Positions 19,127 through 28,272 of a DNA stretch of 64,000 bases are shown piece by piece. The notes below the pieces were generated by a model, which was given only the letters and a program-made list of their open reading frames with translations, was not told the origin of the DNA and ran no database searches. This stretch comes from a virus: IMG/VR virus record IMGVR_UViG_3300017991_000003, positions 1 through 64,000 of that record. One strand, given 5' to 3'. Positions within the stretch are counted from its first letter, which is position 1. Each line of letters starts with the position of its first letter. A program made the translations under genes and the position numbers.

Positions 19127-20422
19127 ATGCAGCCGCAGTATGGCGCTACCTCGTGGGCCGGGTTCGCGGAGTTCGCTGATTCCAAGGCGGGCTCCGGTGT
19201 CCACCACGTGGGCGTCGTACGCTCCTATGATCCCAGCAAGAAGCTCTACCTAGTTTCGGTCGAAGGCATCGGGGATCGACAGTGCCGCAGGCTCCTGACC
19301 GGCCTGGACAAGCCCATCCCCGTAGGCGGGGGCTGCGTGGTCGTGGAGCTCAAGGCCCGGCCGTGGCTCATTGTGGGGGAGCTGGATCGGATCTCCCGGG
19401 CCCCGGACAAAGCCCTCCCCGGGGCTAGCGAACAAGCTGCGGCCTCTGAGGCTGCGGTTGGAGCGGCGCTGACCCAGAAGGACCCGGCTCAGGCACCCTC
19501 CTTCCGCCCTCTGGATTACCAGGGGATGGCCGAGGAGCCGCAGTTTGCGGGCGATGCCGGCCTGGAGAACCGCACGAAAGACCACCTGAGGCGGTCTCGA
19601 GTGAAGGTCTACAGCTTCGGCGATATCCTGCTGTGGGCCTCTGGCCTATGCCACTCGCTGTATCACAAGGCCACCAACACCATCTACCGACGCTGCCGTA
19701 ACGAGATCTTCCAGGCAGCCGGCGTACTCCTCCAGGTCCTGACCCCTGCGGACGGGGATCAAGCGGGTAAGACGACCCGCCGATTGGTTCTACGAAGGAA
19801 CGCGCTGGATACGACCGTGATCGACAAGATCCGCTCTGAGGGCCAGATCCTGGCCTCGGACGGCGGGTCGGGCGATGAGCTCCTGATTGCCCCGGTTGCA
19901 GATCGCGGGGAGCGAACGATCTGGGGCGACCACCGTGCGGAGGAGATCGACAACGATCTGGGGACTTACCGGTTCCAGCAAGAGACGGGCGGTGAGCAGC
20001 GGATCACCGGTCAGGTGGGCTCCTTTGAGGCTGAGAACGCGGCGCACCCTGTTTCTGGCACTCAGAACCCCTCTACGCCCTCTGGCGTGGCGCATCCGGC
20101 CGCTAGTACGGCCTACGGGGACGCCGCAGAGGGGAACGTGGAGCGCGGTGTGCATCTCGATCTAGGGGGTCTCCGGGTAACCTACGACCAGGATCGGGGT
20201 GAGCTCGAGGTCCTGAATACAGCCTCTGAGGAGACTCAGCGGGTGATCATGAAGCCTGATCAGCTCCTCATGGAGCGGGCCGGGCAGTCCTTCTCGTTGG
20301 ACAACAGCGGGCTTACGATCCGCGTGAGCTCCTACACCCTCGAGGTCGACGGAGCTATCACGCAGACAGCCGGCGGGAATATGACGATCAACGCCTCTGA
20401 CATGGACGTGAACCTTGGCTGA
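19127..20422 (+). CDS. hypothetical structural protein (possible baseplate/central spike component)
   Basis: 431 aa ORF immediately upstream of the PAAR-like ORF; no catalytic motif. Confidence 0.4.
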   Translation: MQPQYGATSWAGFAEFADSKAGSGVHHVGVVRSYDPSKKLYLVSVEGIGDRQCRRLLTGLDKPIPVGGGCVVVELKARPWLIVGELDRISRAPDKALPGASEQAAASEAAVGAALTQKDPAQAPSFRPLDYQGMAEEPQFAGDAGLENRTKDHLRRSRVKVYSFGDILLWASGLCHSLYHKATNTIYRRCRNEIFQAAGVLLQVLTPADGDQAGKTTRRLVLRRNALDTTVIDKIRSEGQILASDGGSGDELLIAPVADRGERTIWGDHRAEEIDNDLGTYRFQQETGGEQRITGQVGSFEAENAAHPVSGTQNPSTPSGVAHPAASTAYGDAAEGNVERGVHLDLGGLRVTYDQDRGELEVLNTASEETQRVIMKPDQLLMERAGQSFSLDNSGLTIRVSSYTLEVDGAITQTAGGNMTINASDMDVNLG

Positions 20423-20699
20423 GGTCCAGCGAGAGGGTGACCCCATCAGCTGTGGGGACAAGCACGGCAGCGCTGCGGGGTTCCGCCTCAACGGTAAGCG
20501 TGTGGCCCTCCTAGGGGAGCTCTCGGCCGGCCATGACGGCTTCCCACCTACCCCGGTCCTCACCGGTGAGAGCCGTTTTCGGGTAAATGGGGTCCCTATC
20601 GTACTGGAGGGGGCCGCCTATGCGCCGCATACCCGCGGGGACACCACACACGCCATCCGGTTGGCGCAAGGCAGTGGCGTCGGCCTAAACGTATACTAG
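20415..20699 (+). CDS. PAAR-like spike-tip protein
   Basis: 94 aa; GDPISCGDKHGSAAGF...NGKRVALLGEL...GH...VNGVPIVLEGAAYAPHTRGD resembles PAAR repeat proteins; TTG start overlapping upstream stop. Confidence 0.35.
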   Translation: MAEVQREGDPISCGDKHGSAAGFRLNGKRVALLGELSAGHDGFPPTPVLTGESRFRVNGVPIVLEGAAYAPHTRGDTTHAIRLAQGSGVGLNVY

Positions 20700-20720
20700 A
20701 CTGGACCTTAGAGTCTTCCC

Positions 20721-21074
20721 ATGCCCGACTTCGCAACAGGAGTAATCCGAGTTCCTCCGGATAACGACAATGCGGCCTCGCCCCTAGCGGTCCGTCTAGG
20801 AGGGGTCTCGGCAGGCACAAACGCCAACATCGTAGTCGAGAACATCGGGTCTGCACGCGTCAAGGCTCGAACACGTACTACCGCCGAGACCGGTTCATTT
20901 GTCGACGTTGCCCCGGGCCGCCGAGCCCTTGTCGAGGTCAACGGCGTAGCCGGCCAAGCCATCACGTTGGACGTTTACGTCCCGCGTCAACCCCGTTTCA
21001 TTCACACTCACCAAACCGGAGCGCCGGTATCCTACCTACCGGGTCGCTTGACGGTCTATCGCGACGAAGCCTAG
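20721..21074 (+). CDS. hypothetical small beta-rich protein, paralogue A
   Basis: 117 aa; shares ASPL..V..G.VS, TLD.Y, PVSY..GR pattern with the next ORF. Confidence 0.5.
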   Translation: MPDFATGVIRVPPDNDNAASPLAVRLGGVSAGTNANIVVENIGSARVKARTRTTAETGSFVDVAPGRRALVEVNGVAGQAITLDVYVPRQPRFIHTHQTGAPVSYLPGRLTVYRDEA

Positions 21075-21075
21075 C

Positions 21076-21429
21076 ATGAGTTCCATCGGAGTCCTCCAAG
21101 TCCGGCCTGAGCACACGCAGGCCTCGCCGCTCAATGTGGCCGCCGGTAACGTCTCGCTCGTGGGCGAGGCTACCTTCACGATCCAGAACGTCGGGCACAG
21201 TGATGTCTGGTGCCGCCTCAAGAACACCAACGCGGCTACCTCGACTACCTGGGCGCGTGCTGTTCCCGGGCATCACGCGCTGCTGTCGATCGACGGTACT
21301 GCCGACGACGCCCTGACTCTGGACCTGTACAGCGCGGGACAGAGCTACCGATACATCCCGATCCACAACACAACCGCTGAACCGGTCTCCTACATCGGCC
21401 GCGTGGAGGTCACTCGCCATGGCAACTGA
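21076..21429 (+). CDS. hypothetical small beta-rich protein, paralogue B
   Basis: 117 aa; tandem duplicate of 20721..21074. Confidence 0.5.
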   Translation: MSSIGVLQVRPEHTQASPLNVAAGNVSLVGEATFTIQNVGHSDVWCRLKNTNAATSTTWARAVPGHHALLSIDGTADDALTLDLYSAGQSYRYIPIHNTTAEPVSYIGRVEVTRHGN

Positions 21430-23128
21430 TAACCCGAACCTCGGCGGCCAGCCGCTCTTCGTCTCGGCCCCCGACAACCTGCTTCAGAAGCTCGCCAGCT
21501 CCAAGCTCTCCAAGGACCCCAAGGAGTGGGAACAGGAGATCATGGACTACCTGCATGAGCAGCACCCGTACATCGCCGACCACAAGGTCGTGGTGGCCAT
21601 GAACAAGACGGATACCGACGACGGCCATGGCGTGGGCCACGTCAAGATCGGCGACAAAGTCACCATGCCGGTGATCGTCGAGAGCAACCGTCTTCAGCCG
21701 CTGGACCTGTTCGTGGCTGACGACCGTCTCCAGCCGCTGACCAAGGAGGCCTTCACCGCCGCGGTGCAGAGCCACTCCTTCGGCAAAGCCGTGAAGCCGG
21801 GCAAGGGCGAGGCGTCTGACAGCTCGATCACCTACGCGACCCTGCCGCCCTTCGACGGTAAGTACGCCTATGGCTCCTTGGGCTTCACCCGGGACCAGCT
21901 GACCGAGGTCCTCGAGCCCCTGCACGAGGCCAATCAGATGGGCTTCTGCCTGGCCAACCCTTGGTTTGGGGAGGTCCTGGGCGAGTACATCAAGCACGCC
22001 CAGCTCGAGCAAGAAGAGGAGAAGGTGGCCGGCGTCGCGTACAGCGCGCGCATGGTGACTACCCGACCCTTCGAGACCATCAAGACCGCGGGTTTTGCCC
22101 AGGTGTCGACGGATAAAGGCAACGTCCCCGCTCTAGTCTTCGATCACCATCTGACCTTTGGACGCGGTGAGGTGGCTACGCCGGGTCGGTTCTCGGTGCT
22201 CGGTCTGGATAAGGAAGCCACCTACGGTCGCGCCTGGCGAGGCTACCCCGCCGGGCGCCCTGTCCAGGAGTTCGACATCCCGGAGCGTGAGATCGGCGAC
22301 CGGGCGGTGCTCGCCCTGATCAAGGAAGGATCGGCCGTGGCTAGTGAGCCCTTCACGGTCCTGGACCAGGATGATAAGCGCACGCTGGTTGAGGCCGATG
22401 ACGGTCGGCGGTGGTCGCTGCGCTTTGATGCCGACAACCCACTGTACAAGCAGGCGGAGGATCAGATCTTCCTGTCTGACGAGTGGGCGATGTTCCCGGT
22501 GGGCCGCGAGGCGGATCTTCTGAACGTCGACGTGGCGAACCAGAAGACCCTGCCGGTAGGTATGACCTCGATTGAGAAGGTGGGCGGCCTGTTCAAGGTC
22601 CACCAGGCCGGGCGCCTCGAGAGTCTGAAGCGCGTGCCGGCCGAGGGCATGGCTCTGGATAAGCTGGCGAGCTACTTGACGGGCTTGGACGATGAGGTCC
22701 GCGGAGCGATCCTGGACCACATGGATAAGGTCGGCCGCGCCTTCTTCGTCATCTATCCCGAGGTCGAGAAGACCGCTGGCGAGACCTACTCGTTCCCCGA
22801 GCCGGATCCGTCTGTTTTCGAGTCTTGCACGCTGGCTGCTGGCCTGATCACCCCCGACCTGTGCAAGCGCGCCAAGGTCGAAGAGGAGAAGGCCAAGAAG
22901 ACCATCGATGCGATCCTGGGCTTGAACTTCCTCAATGAGGAGAACATGCACAAGTTCGTGGACCGCATCGACGCACTCGAGGAGGCCAAGGACTGCGTGG
23001 CCCAGCTGCTTCTGGCTAGTCGCCTTGGGCTATCCATCGACTCCCAGCCCCTGCGGACGGCGATGTTCTCTCTGGACTCGGTGTCTCGTGATCTCCGCGA
23101 GCTCCGCAACGCGGTGACCGCTAAGTAG
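21419..23128 (+). CDS. hypothetical protein (569 aa)
   Basis: Long ORF with coding codon bias; overlaps upstream stop; function not recognised. Confidence 0.6.
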   Translation: MATDNPNLGGQPLFVSAPDNLLQKLASSKLSKDPKEWEQEIMDYLHEQHPYIADHKVVVAMNKTDTDDGHGVGHVKIGDKVTMPVIVESNRLQPLDLFVADDRLQPLTKEAFTAAVQSHSFGKAVKPGKGEASDSSITYATLPPFDGKYAYGSLGFTRDQLTEVLEPLHEANQMGFCLANPWFGEVLGEYIKHAQLEQEEEKVAGVAYSARMVTTRPFETIKTAGFAQVSTDKGNVPALVFDHHLTFGRGEVATPGRFSVLGLDKEATYGRAWRGYPAGRPVQEFDIPEREIGDRAVLALIKEGSAVASEPFTVLDQDDKRTLVEADDGRRWSLRFDADNPLYKQAEDQIFLSDEWAMFPVGREADLLNVDVANQKTLPVGMTSIEKVGGLFKVHQAGRLESLKRVPAEGMALDKLASYLTGLDDEVRGAILDHMDKVGRAFFVIYPEVEKTAGETYSFPEPDPSVFESCTLAAGLITPDLCKRAKVEEEKAKKTIDAILGLNFLNEENMHKFVDRIDALEEAKDCVAQLLLASRLGLSIDSQPLRTAMFSLDSVSRDLRELRNAVTAK

Positions 23129-23135
23129 GTCCGCG

Positions 23136-24218
23136 ATGGCCGGCTCCACGGGGCCGTACTCGCGTTCTCAACTCTGCCGCAAGTACGGGATCACTGACAG
23201 GACCCTGAGGGCCCTCGAGGATCGAGGGACTCTTGTGCTCACGTGGTACCCCCGCAACGGGCTCATGGTCACCGACCTTGAGTCGAATGACCAAAAGCGC
23301 ATTCTGGCGATGGCGCGCAATCACGTCATGTCATTTGGGAGGGCGCAGGGGATTCCCCGGCTGCCCTTCCTGCGCTTCCTGTTCCTTCGTTTTATCCAGG
23401 TCCCGGTGGAGGATCTGTACGCGGAGCTTCTGGACAGGAACATGATTGCGGCCCGTAGCTTCAAGCTCCCTCAGCTGAAGAAGATGCACAAGGCCTTTGT
23501 GGAGGCGGTCCCGCGCCCGCTTCAGAAGAAGGTACGGGCGCATGCCGAGGCCTCGACCGCCACGGAGAAGAAGCAGCTTGACGTGCTGCTCAAGGTCTGC
23601 GGCATCTACGAGGCCTACCACAACCCACAGCAGGAGCAGAGCTTCAAGTACCTGTCGGATCCTGAGATCAAACTAGGCATCGACATGGGTTTGAGCTCTC
23701 GCGCCAAACTGCCTGAGATTGCTGACTTCATCGCAGACGTGGCGGGCTTCTCGATCAACCTCGAGGCGCTCCTGTTCTACCACGTCCTCTACCACGACAT
23801 CAGCTTCCTGGACAACGACGAGATCCAGGCCTACCTGAAGGGCCTGAAGCCGTCGCATCGGGACCTCCTAGGTAAAGCCGTCGGCTCCACGATCCCCGAG
23901 CTCCGCATGGCTCTCGGCTTCGTCGAGGACATGTCGATCGAGGACACCGTGGTCCAGCTTCGGAACGCGGTCCTAACCAAGACCTCGGCGACCCTGCTTG
24001 CCCCCGGCTCCCAAGAGAACACCCGAGAGTTCAGCGCTCTCTTGCGCAACTTCGCCTACTTGGTCGATCGCTCGAATATCGAGGGTACCGGCAAAGGAGG
24101 GGCCGCCGCGTCTATGCCCGACGTGTTCAGCCAGTTCGAGATGAAGATCTCGCAGATGGATGGGGCTGGCTTGTTTCGGCTCCCCTCCGCCGAAGGAGAA
24201 GAACTGAACCATGGATGA
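23136..24218 (+). CDS. hypothetical protein (360 aa)
   Basis: ORF ends overlapping the terminase start. Confidence 0.55.
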   Translation: MAGSTGPYSRSQLCRKYGITDRTLRALEDRGTLVLTWYPRNGLMVTDLESNDQKRILAMARNHVMSFGRAQGIPRLPFLRFLFLRFIQVPVEDLYAELLDRNMIAARSFKLPQLKKMHKAFVEAVPRPLQKKVRAHAEASTATEKKQLDVLLKVCGIYEAYHNPQQEQSFKYLSDPEIKLGIDMGLSSRAKLPEIADFIADVAGFSINLEALLFYHVLYHDISFLDNDEIQAYLKGLKPSHRDLLGKAVGSTIPELRMALGFVEDMSIEDTVVQLRNAVLTKTSATLLAPGSQENTREFSALLRNFAYLVDRSNIEGTGKGGAAASMPDVFSQFEMKISQMDGAGLFRLPSAEGEELNHG

Positions 24219-26040
24219 TGCCACGTTCGGGGGTACGCCGCTCTCCTCGAGCAATGTGGAGCTCCTTGAGGATCTGCACGAGCTCTTCCGAGATAACGAC
24301 GACATCACTGACGAGCAGTGGGAGGAGCTAGACTGGTTCGCCTACAACCAGGAAGCTGAAGAGGCCGCAGAGGAGTCTGCGGACCGGGCTGATCCGATCA
24401 ACCCGCCTCCGGGCCTTGCTGAGGGCCTGGCTCACGGCGGCGTCATTATGGCCACCATCTCGGATATGGTGGAGAACCTCCTGACGGTCGACCAGGAGCC
24501 TTTCAGCTTCGTCGGACGGGAGTACCTGAAGGGGCTGTACGACCCGGTAGAAGAGTACCCGGAGGGGTGCCGTAACCAGATCTGGATCGCCGGCCGTCAG
24601 GTCGAGAAGTCAACCACCCAGAGCGCCAAGTCCGTGGCCTTGGGGGCGCTGACCAAGAGCTACAAGACCCTGTACGTGGCGCCCCGCTTCGACCAGGTCC
24701 GGGTCTTCAGCCAGCAGCGCTTCAAGCCCATGTGCGAGGACAGCCCGAACCTCGCCCCGTGGATCAAGCCCAGCCGGACGCTGTGGCAGGTCTCCGCCCG
24801 AGAGTTCATGAACGGGGCGTTCTACAACTTCCGGAGCTGTTACCTGAGCGCCGACAACGCTCGAGGCATTACCTGCCACCACCTCAACGTCGACGAGATC
24901 CAGGACATCGTCTCTGATGCTATCCCTGTTCTGGAGGAGTGCCAAAGCCACGCTACGGCCGAACTGCGGTTCCGCTCCTATGCCGGGACGCCCAAGACGA
25001 CCTCCAATGTCCTGAGCCGGCGGTACGAGAACAGCTGCCAGTTCGAGTGGTTGAGTCAGTGCGCGGCGTGCAACCACTGGAACTTCATGGACGAGCGGAT
25101 CGTGGGCGACGACTTCTTCGCCTGCGTCCGGTGCGGCAAGGAGATCAACCCCAAGGTGGGGCAGTTCGTGCCTAAGCGCCCCGAGCTCCTCGACAAGTGC
25201 TGGGGGTTCCGAATCAGTCAGCTGATGGTCCCGTTCCAGAGTCACGCGGACATCATCGCCAAGCGGGACGACCCTAACTACAGCCGCCAGAAGTACTTCA
25301 ACGAGTGCTTGGGTCTGCCATACGACGAGGGCCAGCTGGTCCTGACCGAGGCTGTGATGCGGGACGCCTGCGACGCGGATCGAGGGATGTGGACGATCCA
25401 ACAGTGCCGCGAGCTGGCCGACCGCGGCGTGCCGCTCTTCGGCGGGGTCGATTACGGGCCGGGTGAGGGTGAGGATCCTTCTTACACAGTGCTGACTATC
25501 GGCTGGTGGGCGACCGCCGGCCACTTCGAAGTCCTCTGGATGCGCAGACTGGTTGGCGATGAGTCGAACCTGGCCCTCCAGACCAAGGTCATCAACCAGT
25601 ACTTCACCGAGGCCCGTGTCCGCTGGATGGGGGCTGACTGGGGGTTCGGTGCTGCTATCAACAAGCAGCTGATCCACGAGCACGGCTGGCACCGCGTGGC
25701 TCATCAGCGTTGCCTGCTCGAGTTCCAGTACGGCGGCCAGAAGCAGATGGCTTCCTGGAACGCCAAGGCGGAGCGGTACATCATCGACCGCAACCAGGGC
25801 ATGGAGAAGCTGATCGACTCGATCCGCACCAATCAGGTCCGATTCTTCCGAATGGAGGAGATGTCCCAGTTCGTTGACGACTTCACGACTATCTACGTGG
25901 AGTTCGATGAGCGGCGGAACACCCGGAAGTACGACCACGACCTGCCGGACGATGCTTTCCACTCGGTCAACTACGCCTACATGGCGGGCCTCCAGCACCG
26001 GAATAAGCTGGTCCCGAGCTGGCTGACTCCGCTGGATTGA
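24211..26040 (+). CDS. terminase large subunit (ATPase + RNaseH-like nuclease) with inserted Zn-ribbon
   Basis: Deviant Walker A IAGRQVEKST, Walker B-like HHLNVDEIQD, C-terminal GVDYGPGEGEDPSYTVLTIGW acidic nuclease-type motif; CAACNHW...CVRCGK ribbon. Confidence 0.55.
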   Translation: MDDATFGGTPLSSSNVELLEDLHELFRDNDDITDEQWEELDWFAYNQEAEEAAEESADRADPINPPPGLAEGLAHGGVIMATISDMVENLLTVDQEPFSFVGREYLKGLYDPVEEYPEGCRNQIWIAGRQVEKSTTQSAKSVALGALTKSYKTLYVAPRFDQVRVFSQQRFKPMCEDSPNLAPWIKPSRTLWQVSAREFMNGAFYNFRSCYLSADNARGITCHHLNVDEIQDIVSDAIPVLEECQSHATAELRFRSYAGTPKTTSNVLSRRYENSCQFEWLSQCAACNHWNFMDERIVGDDFFACVRCGKEINPKVGQFVPKRPELLDKCWGFRISQLMVPFQSHADIIAKRDDPNYSRQKYFNECLGLPYDEGQLVLTEAVMRDACDADRGMWTIQQCRELADRGVPLFGGVDYGPGEGEDPSYTVLTIGWWATAGHFEVLWMRRLVGDESNLALQTKVINQYFTEARVRWMGADWGFGAAINKQLIHEHGWHRVAHQRCLLEFQYGGQKQMASWNAKAERYIIDRNQGMEKLIDSIRTNQVRFFRMEEMSQFVDDFTTIYVEFDERRNTRKYDHDLPDDAFHSVNYAYMAGLQHRNKLVPSWLTPLD

Positions 26041-26115
26041 GTTGCTCCTTGACCGCAGCAACTTAGGATTGGCTAATAGGTTGCGCTCCTTGGACGCAGT
26101 CTCGTACCATTTCAC

Positions 26116-26137
26116 TGGCACTGGCTCCCAGTGTCAG
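26116..26137. promoter_or_regulatory. 22-nt conserved element TGGCACTGGCTCCCAGTGTCAG (copy 1)
   Basis: 20 nt upstream of the 26157 start; preceded by ATTT and hairpin-like repeats as in copy 2. Confidence 0.4.
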
Positions 26138-26156
26138 CTTCAGCTGAGCAACACGA

Positions 26157-27293
26157 ATGAACTCCCTCGCCCTCTACTTCATGGCCCGGAGCGCGGCCCG
26201 TGATCTAGTGCGTAGTGATGTCCCCCTCAACGAGGGAATCGCCAAGCACGCCTCGGAGCACGGCCTGAGCCAGCTTCAGATCCAGCGCGTGGTGGAGGCC
26301 GCCAACCACGAAGCAAACGCCCTCCTCCAGAAAACAGCGGAGGACAAGACCTTCAGCTTCGACTTGGCCAGCCTGGACGGGGTCCTCTCGGCCCTGACGC
26401 CGGGCACGGCGGCCACTACGGTCAGCCTTGGGAAGCTAGCTGAGGCTGCTGACGCCCTTCTGGAGCCTCGAACGCGGTTTGATGAGCGTGTCGAGGCTCT
26501 TCCGCGTGAGTCCGAGGACGCCAAGATTGCCCGCTTCCGCTCGACGATGCACGCCCTGGACAAGGTGGCTGATCTGGCCGCTACCCAGATGCGGGTTGTC
26601 CAGATGGACCGCATGCGTCAGATGGAGAAATGCGCCAGCGGATTCGAGCGTCTGGTGACCCAGGCCGGGGAGTACATCCGCCGCGGCGGCGCCCTCGAGG
26701 ACATGCGCAAGTACGCGCAGGCCGTCGAGCCGGGCTTCGACCGAGGCTGGGACAAGATCTTCGGCCGGGTCCAAGAAGAGCTCCAGAAGCTCGGTCACCC
26801 CTTCACGGGCGAGCTGGCCTCGGCGACCGAGCTGATGGCTGACCGCAAGGACCGGCCCGGAGGCCCGCTGCCCCACGCGGGCACCCTGAAGGTCACTAAC
26901 GGCCGCCACGCCCTGGCCGGCGAGCTCAGCACCCTCCGGGACAATGTCTCGTTCCTGGATCGCCTGGCTGACCGTACCCGGGAGATCGACAACTTCAACA
27001 GAGCTGTCCGGGTCTCTCAGCGCATGATCATCGACAACCAGGACGTGGACACCCTGTTCGCCAAGGAAGCTGAGAAACTGGCTGCCTTTACCGGGGAGGA
27101 GCTTGGGGAGCACATCGAGAAGCTCGCCAGGAAGGACTCGAACATCTCTACGGTGGAGAAGGGTCTGGTCGGCACTGCTGTTGACCATACCGGTAAAGCC
27201 TCGATCAAGGCCGTGATGAAGCGCGCCCTCTCTGATCACATCCCTGGGGCCTTTGTCGGTCCCGGTACCCCTGCTGCCTACCGCTCCAAATGA
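26157..27293 (+). CDS. hypothetical protein (378 aa)
   Basis: ORF after a 116-nt intergenic region carrying repeats; no motif recognised. Confidence 0.55.
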   Translation: MNSLALYFMARSAARDLVRSDVPLNEGIAKHASEHGLSQLQIQRVVEAANHEANALLQKTAEDKTFSFDLASLDGVLSALTPGTAATTVSLGKLAEAADALLEPRTRFDERVEALPRESEDAKIARFRSTMHALDKVADLAATQMRVVQMDRMRQMEKCASGFERLVTQAGEYIRRGGALEDMRKYAQAVEPGFDRGWDKIFGRVQEELQKLGHPFTGELASATELMADRKDRPGGPLPHAGTLKVTNGRHALAGELSTLRDNVSFLDRLADRTREIDNFNRAVRVSQRMIIDNQDVDTLFAKEAEKLAAFTGEELGEHIEKLARKDSNISTVEKGLVGTAVDHTGKASIKAVMKRALSDHIPGAFVGPGTPAAYRSK

Positions 27294-28057
27294 ACGACAT
27301 TCTGACGAAGTTCGCCGGCGTCTACGGGGGTCCCCTCGATGCAGACGAGAAGCGCGAGGTCGGTGAGTTCTCGGCCAAGCTCCTGAAGGCCGCTGCTGCG
27401 GGCGAGGGGGCTACGGTGGTTGAGATGCTGAAGGAGGCCGCTAGTCAGGTCTCCGATCCGGATGACTACGAGGCCTTGATGGGTATGCTCGAGCATCTGG
27501 AGAAAGAGGGCGCTGTCGGCTACAGGAAGGCCCTGGTCTACGGCCTACCCGCTATTGCGGCGGGCCTCAGCGCCGTACCCGCCCTAGCCTCCTTGACCCA
27601 GCACCTCGGCCGCAAGAAGCGAATCGAGCAGAGCCGGCATCAGATTCAGCGGGAGCATCCGATGCTCCGTGAGGATGTTGACTTCCACCGCTACTTCGAC
27701 ACTGTGAAGCGATTCGCTCCCGATGTCGCCGCTGATCCCCTGGTCGCCGGCAACATCATGGTCGAGATGCACCGACTTGGGCCGGCGGCTATGACGCCTA
27801 CCCGGATCAATGAGCTTCTCGGCCTCCAGGGTCGCATGAGTGAGCACCGAGGTACCATTCCTCGTCAGGTTGCTGACCTAGGTGCTGGTATCACCAGCGG
27901 CATCAAGACGCATAGCGAGTCCGCTGAGATCCTGGACCGGAACCCGCACACGGCTAAGGTTGAGCGCGCGAACCGCGCGATGTCGGCGCTCCAGAGGCGT
28001 GAGGAGCTGCTCGGGGACCAGAAGGTCCAGGACGCTATGGCCAAGCTAAAGCCCTGA
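27290..28057 (+). CDS. hypothetical protein (255 aa)
   Basis: ATGA overlap with upstream gene. Confidence 0.55.
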   Translation: MNDILTKFAGVYGGPLDADEKREVGEFSAKLLKAAAAGEGATVVEMLKEAASQVSDPDDYEALMGMLEHLEKEGAVGYRKALVYGLPAIAAGLSAVPALASLTQHLGRKKRIEQSRHQIQREHPMLREDVDFHRYFDTVKRFAPDVAADPLVAGNIMVEMHRLGPAAMTPTRINELLGLQGRMSEHRGTIPRQVADLGAGITSGIKTHSESAEILDRNPHTAKVERANRAMSALQRREELLGDQKVQDAMAKLKP

Positions 28058-28272
28058 ACTATGCGCAACGGAGCGATTAGCCACGGGGACCAAACGCGCG
28101 CGTCCTTCATCCAGCCGAGCAAAGACGCCCGGCGGATGGGGACGACGCGTCGTAAGGAGACGACCCCGCAGCAAGATCGCGATCGAGGCCCTGATTCCTA
28201 CCCTGAGCACGCCCACAACAAGTACGCAGCGATGCTTGAGGGCTTCTTGACCGTCATCAACCAGCGCATCTG

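Noticed and set aside
24610-26121. 503-aa - strand ORF antisense to the terminase gene.
   Set aside because: Shadow ORF; low-complexity translation, while the + frame has terminase motifs.
26116-26137. The 22-mer begins with TGGCAC, the -24 element of sigma-54 promoters.
   Set aside because: The spacing and -12 element (TTGC) are not present downstream; the resemblance is likely coincidental.
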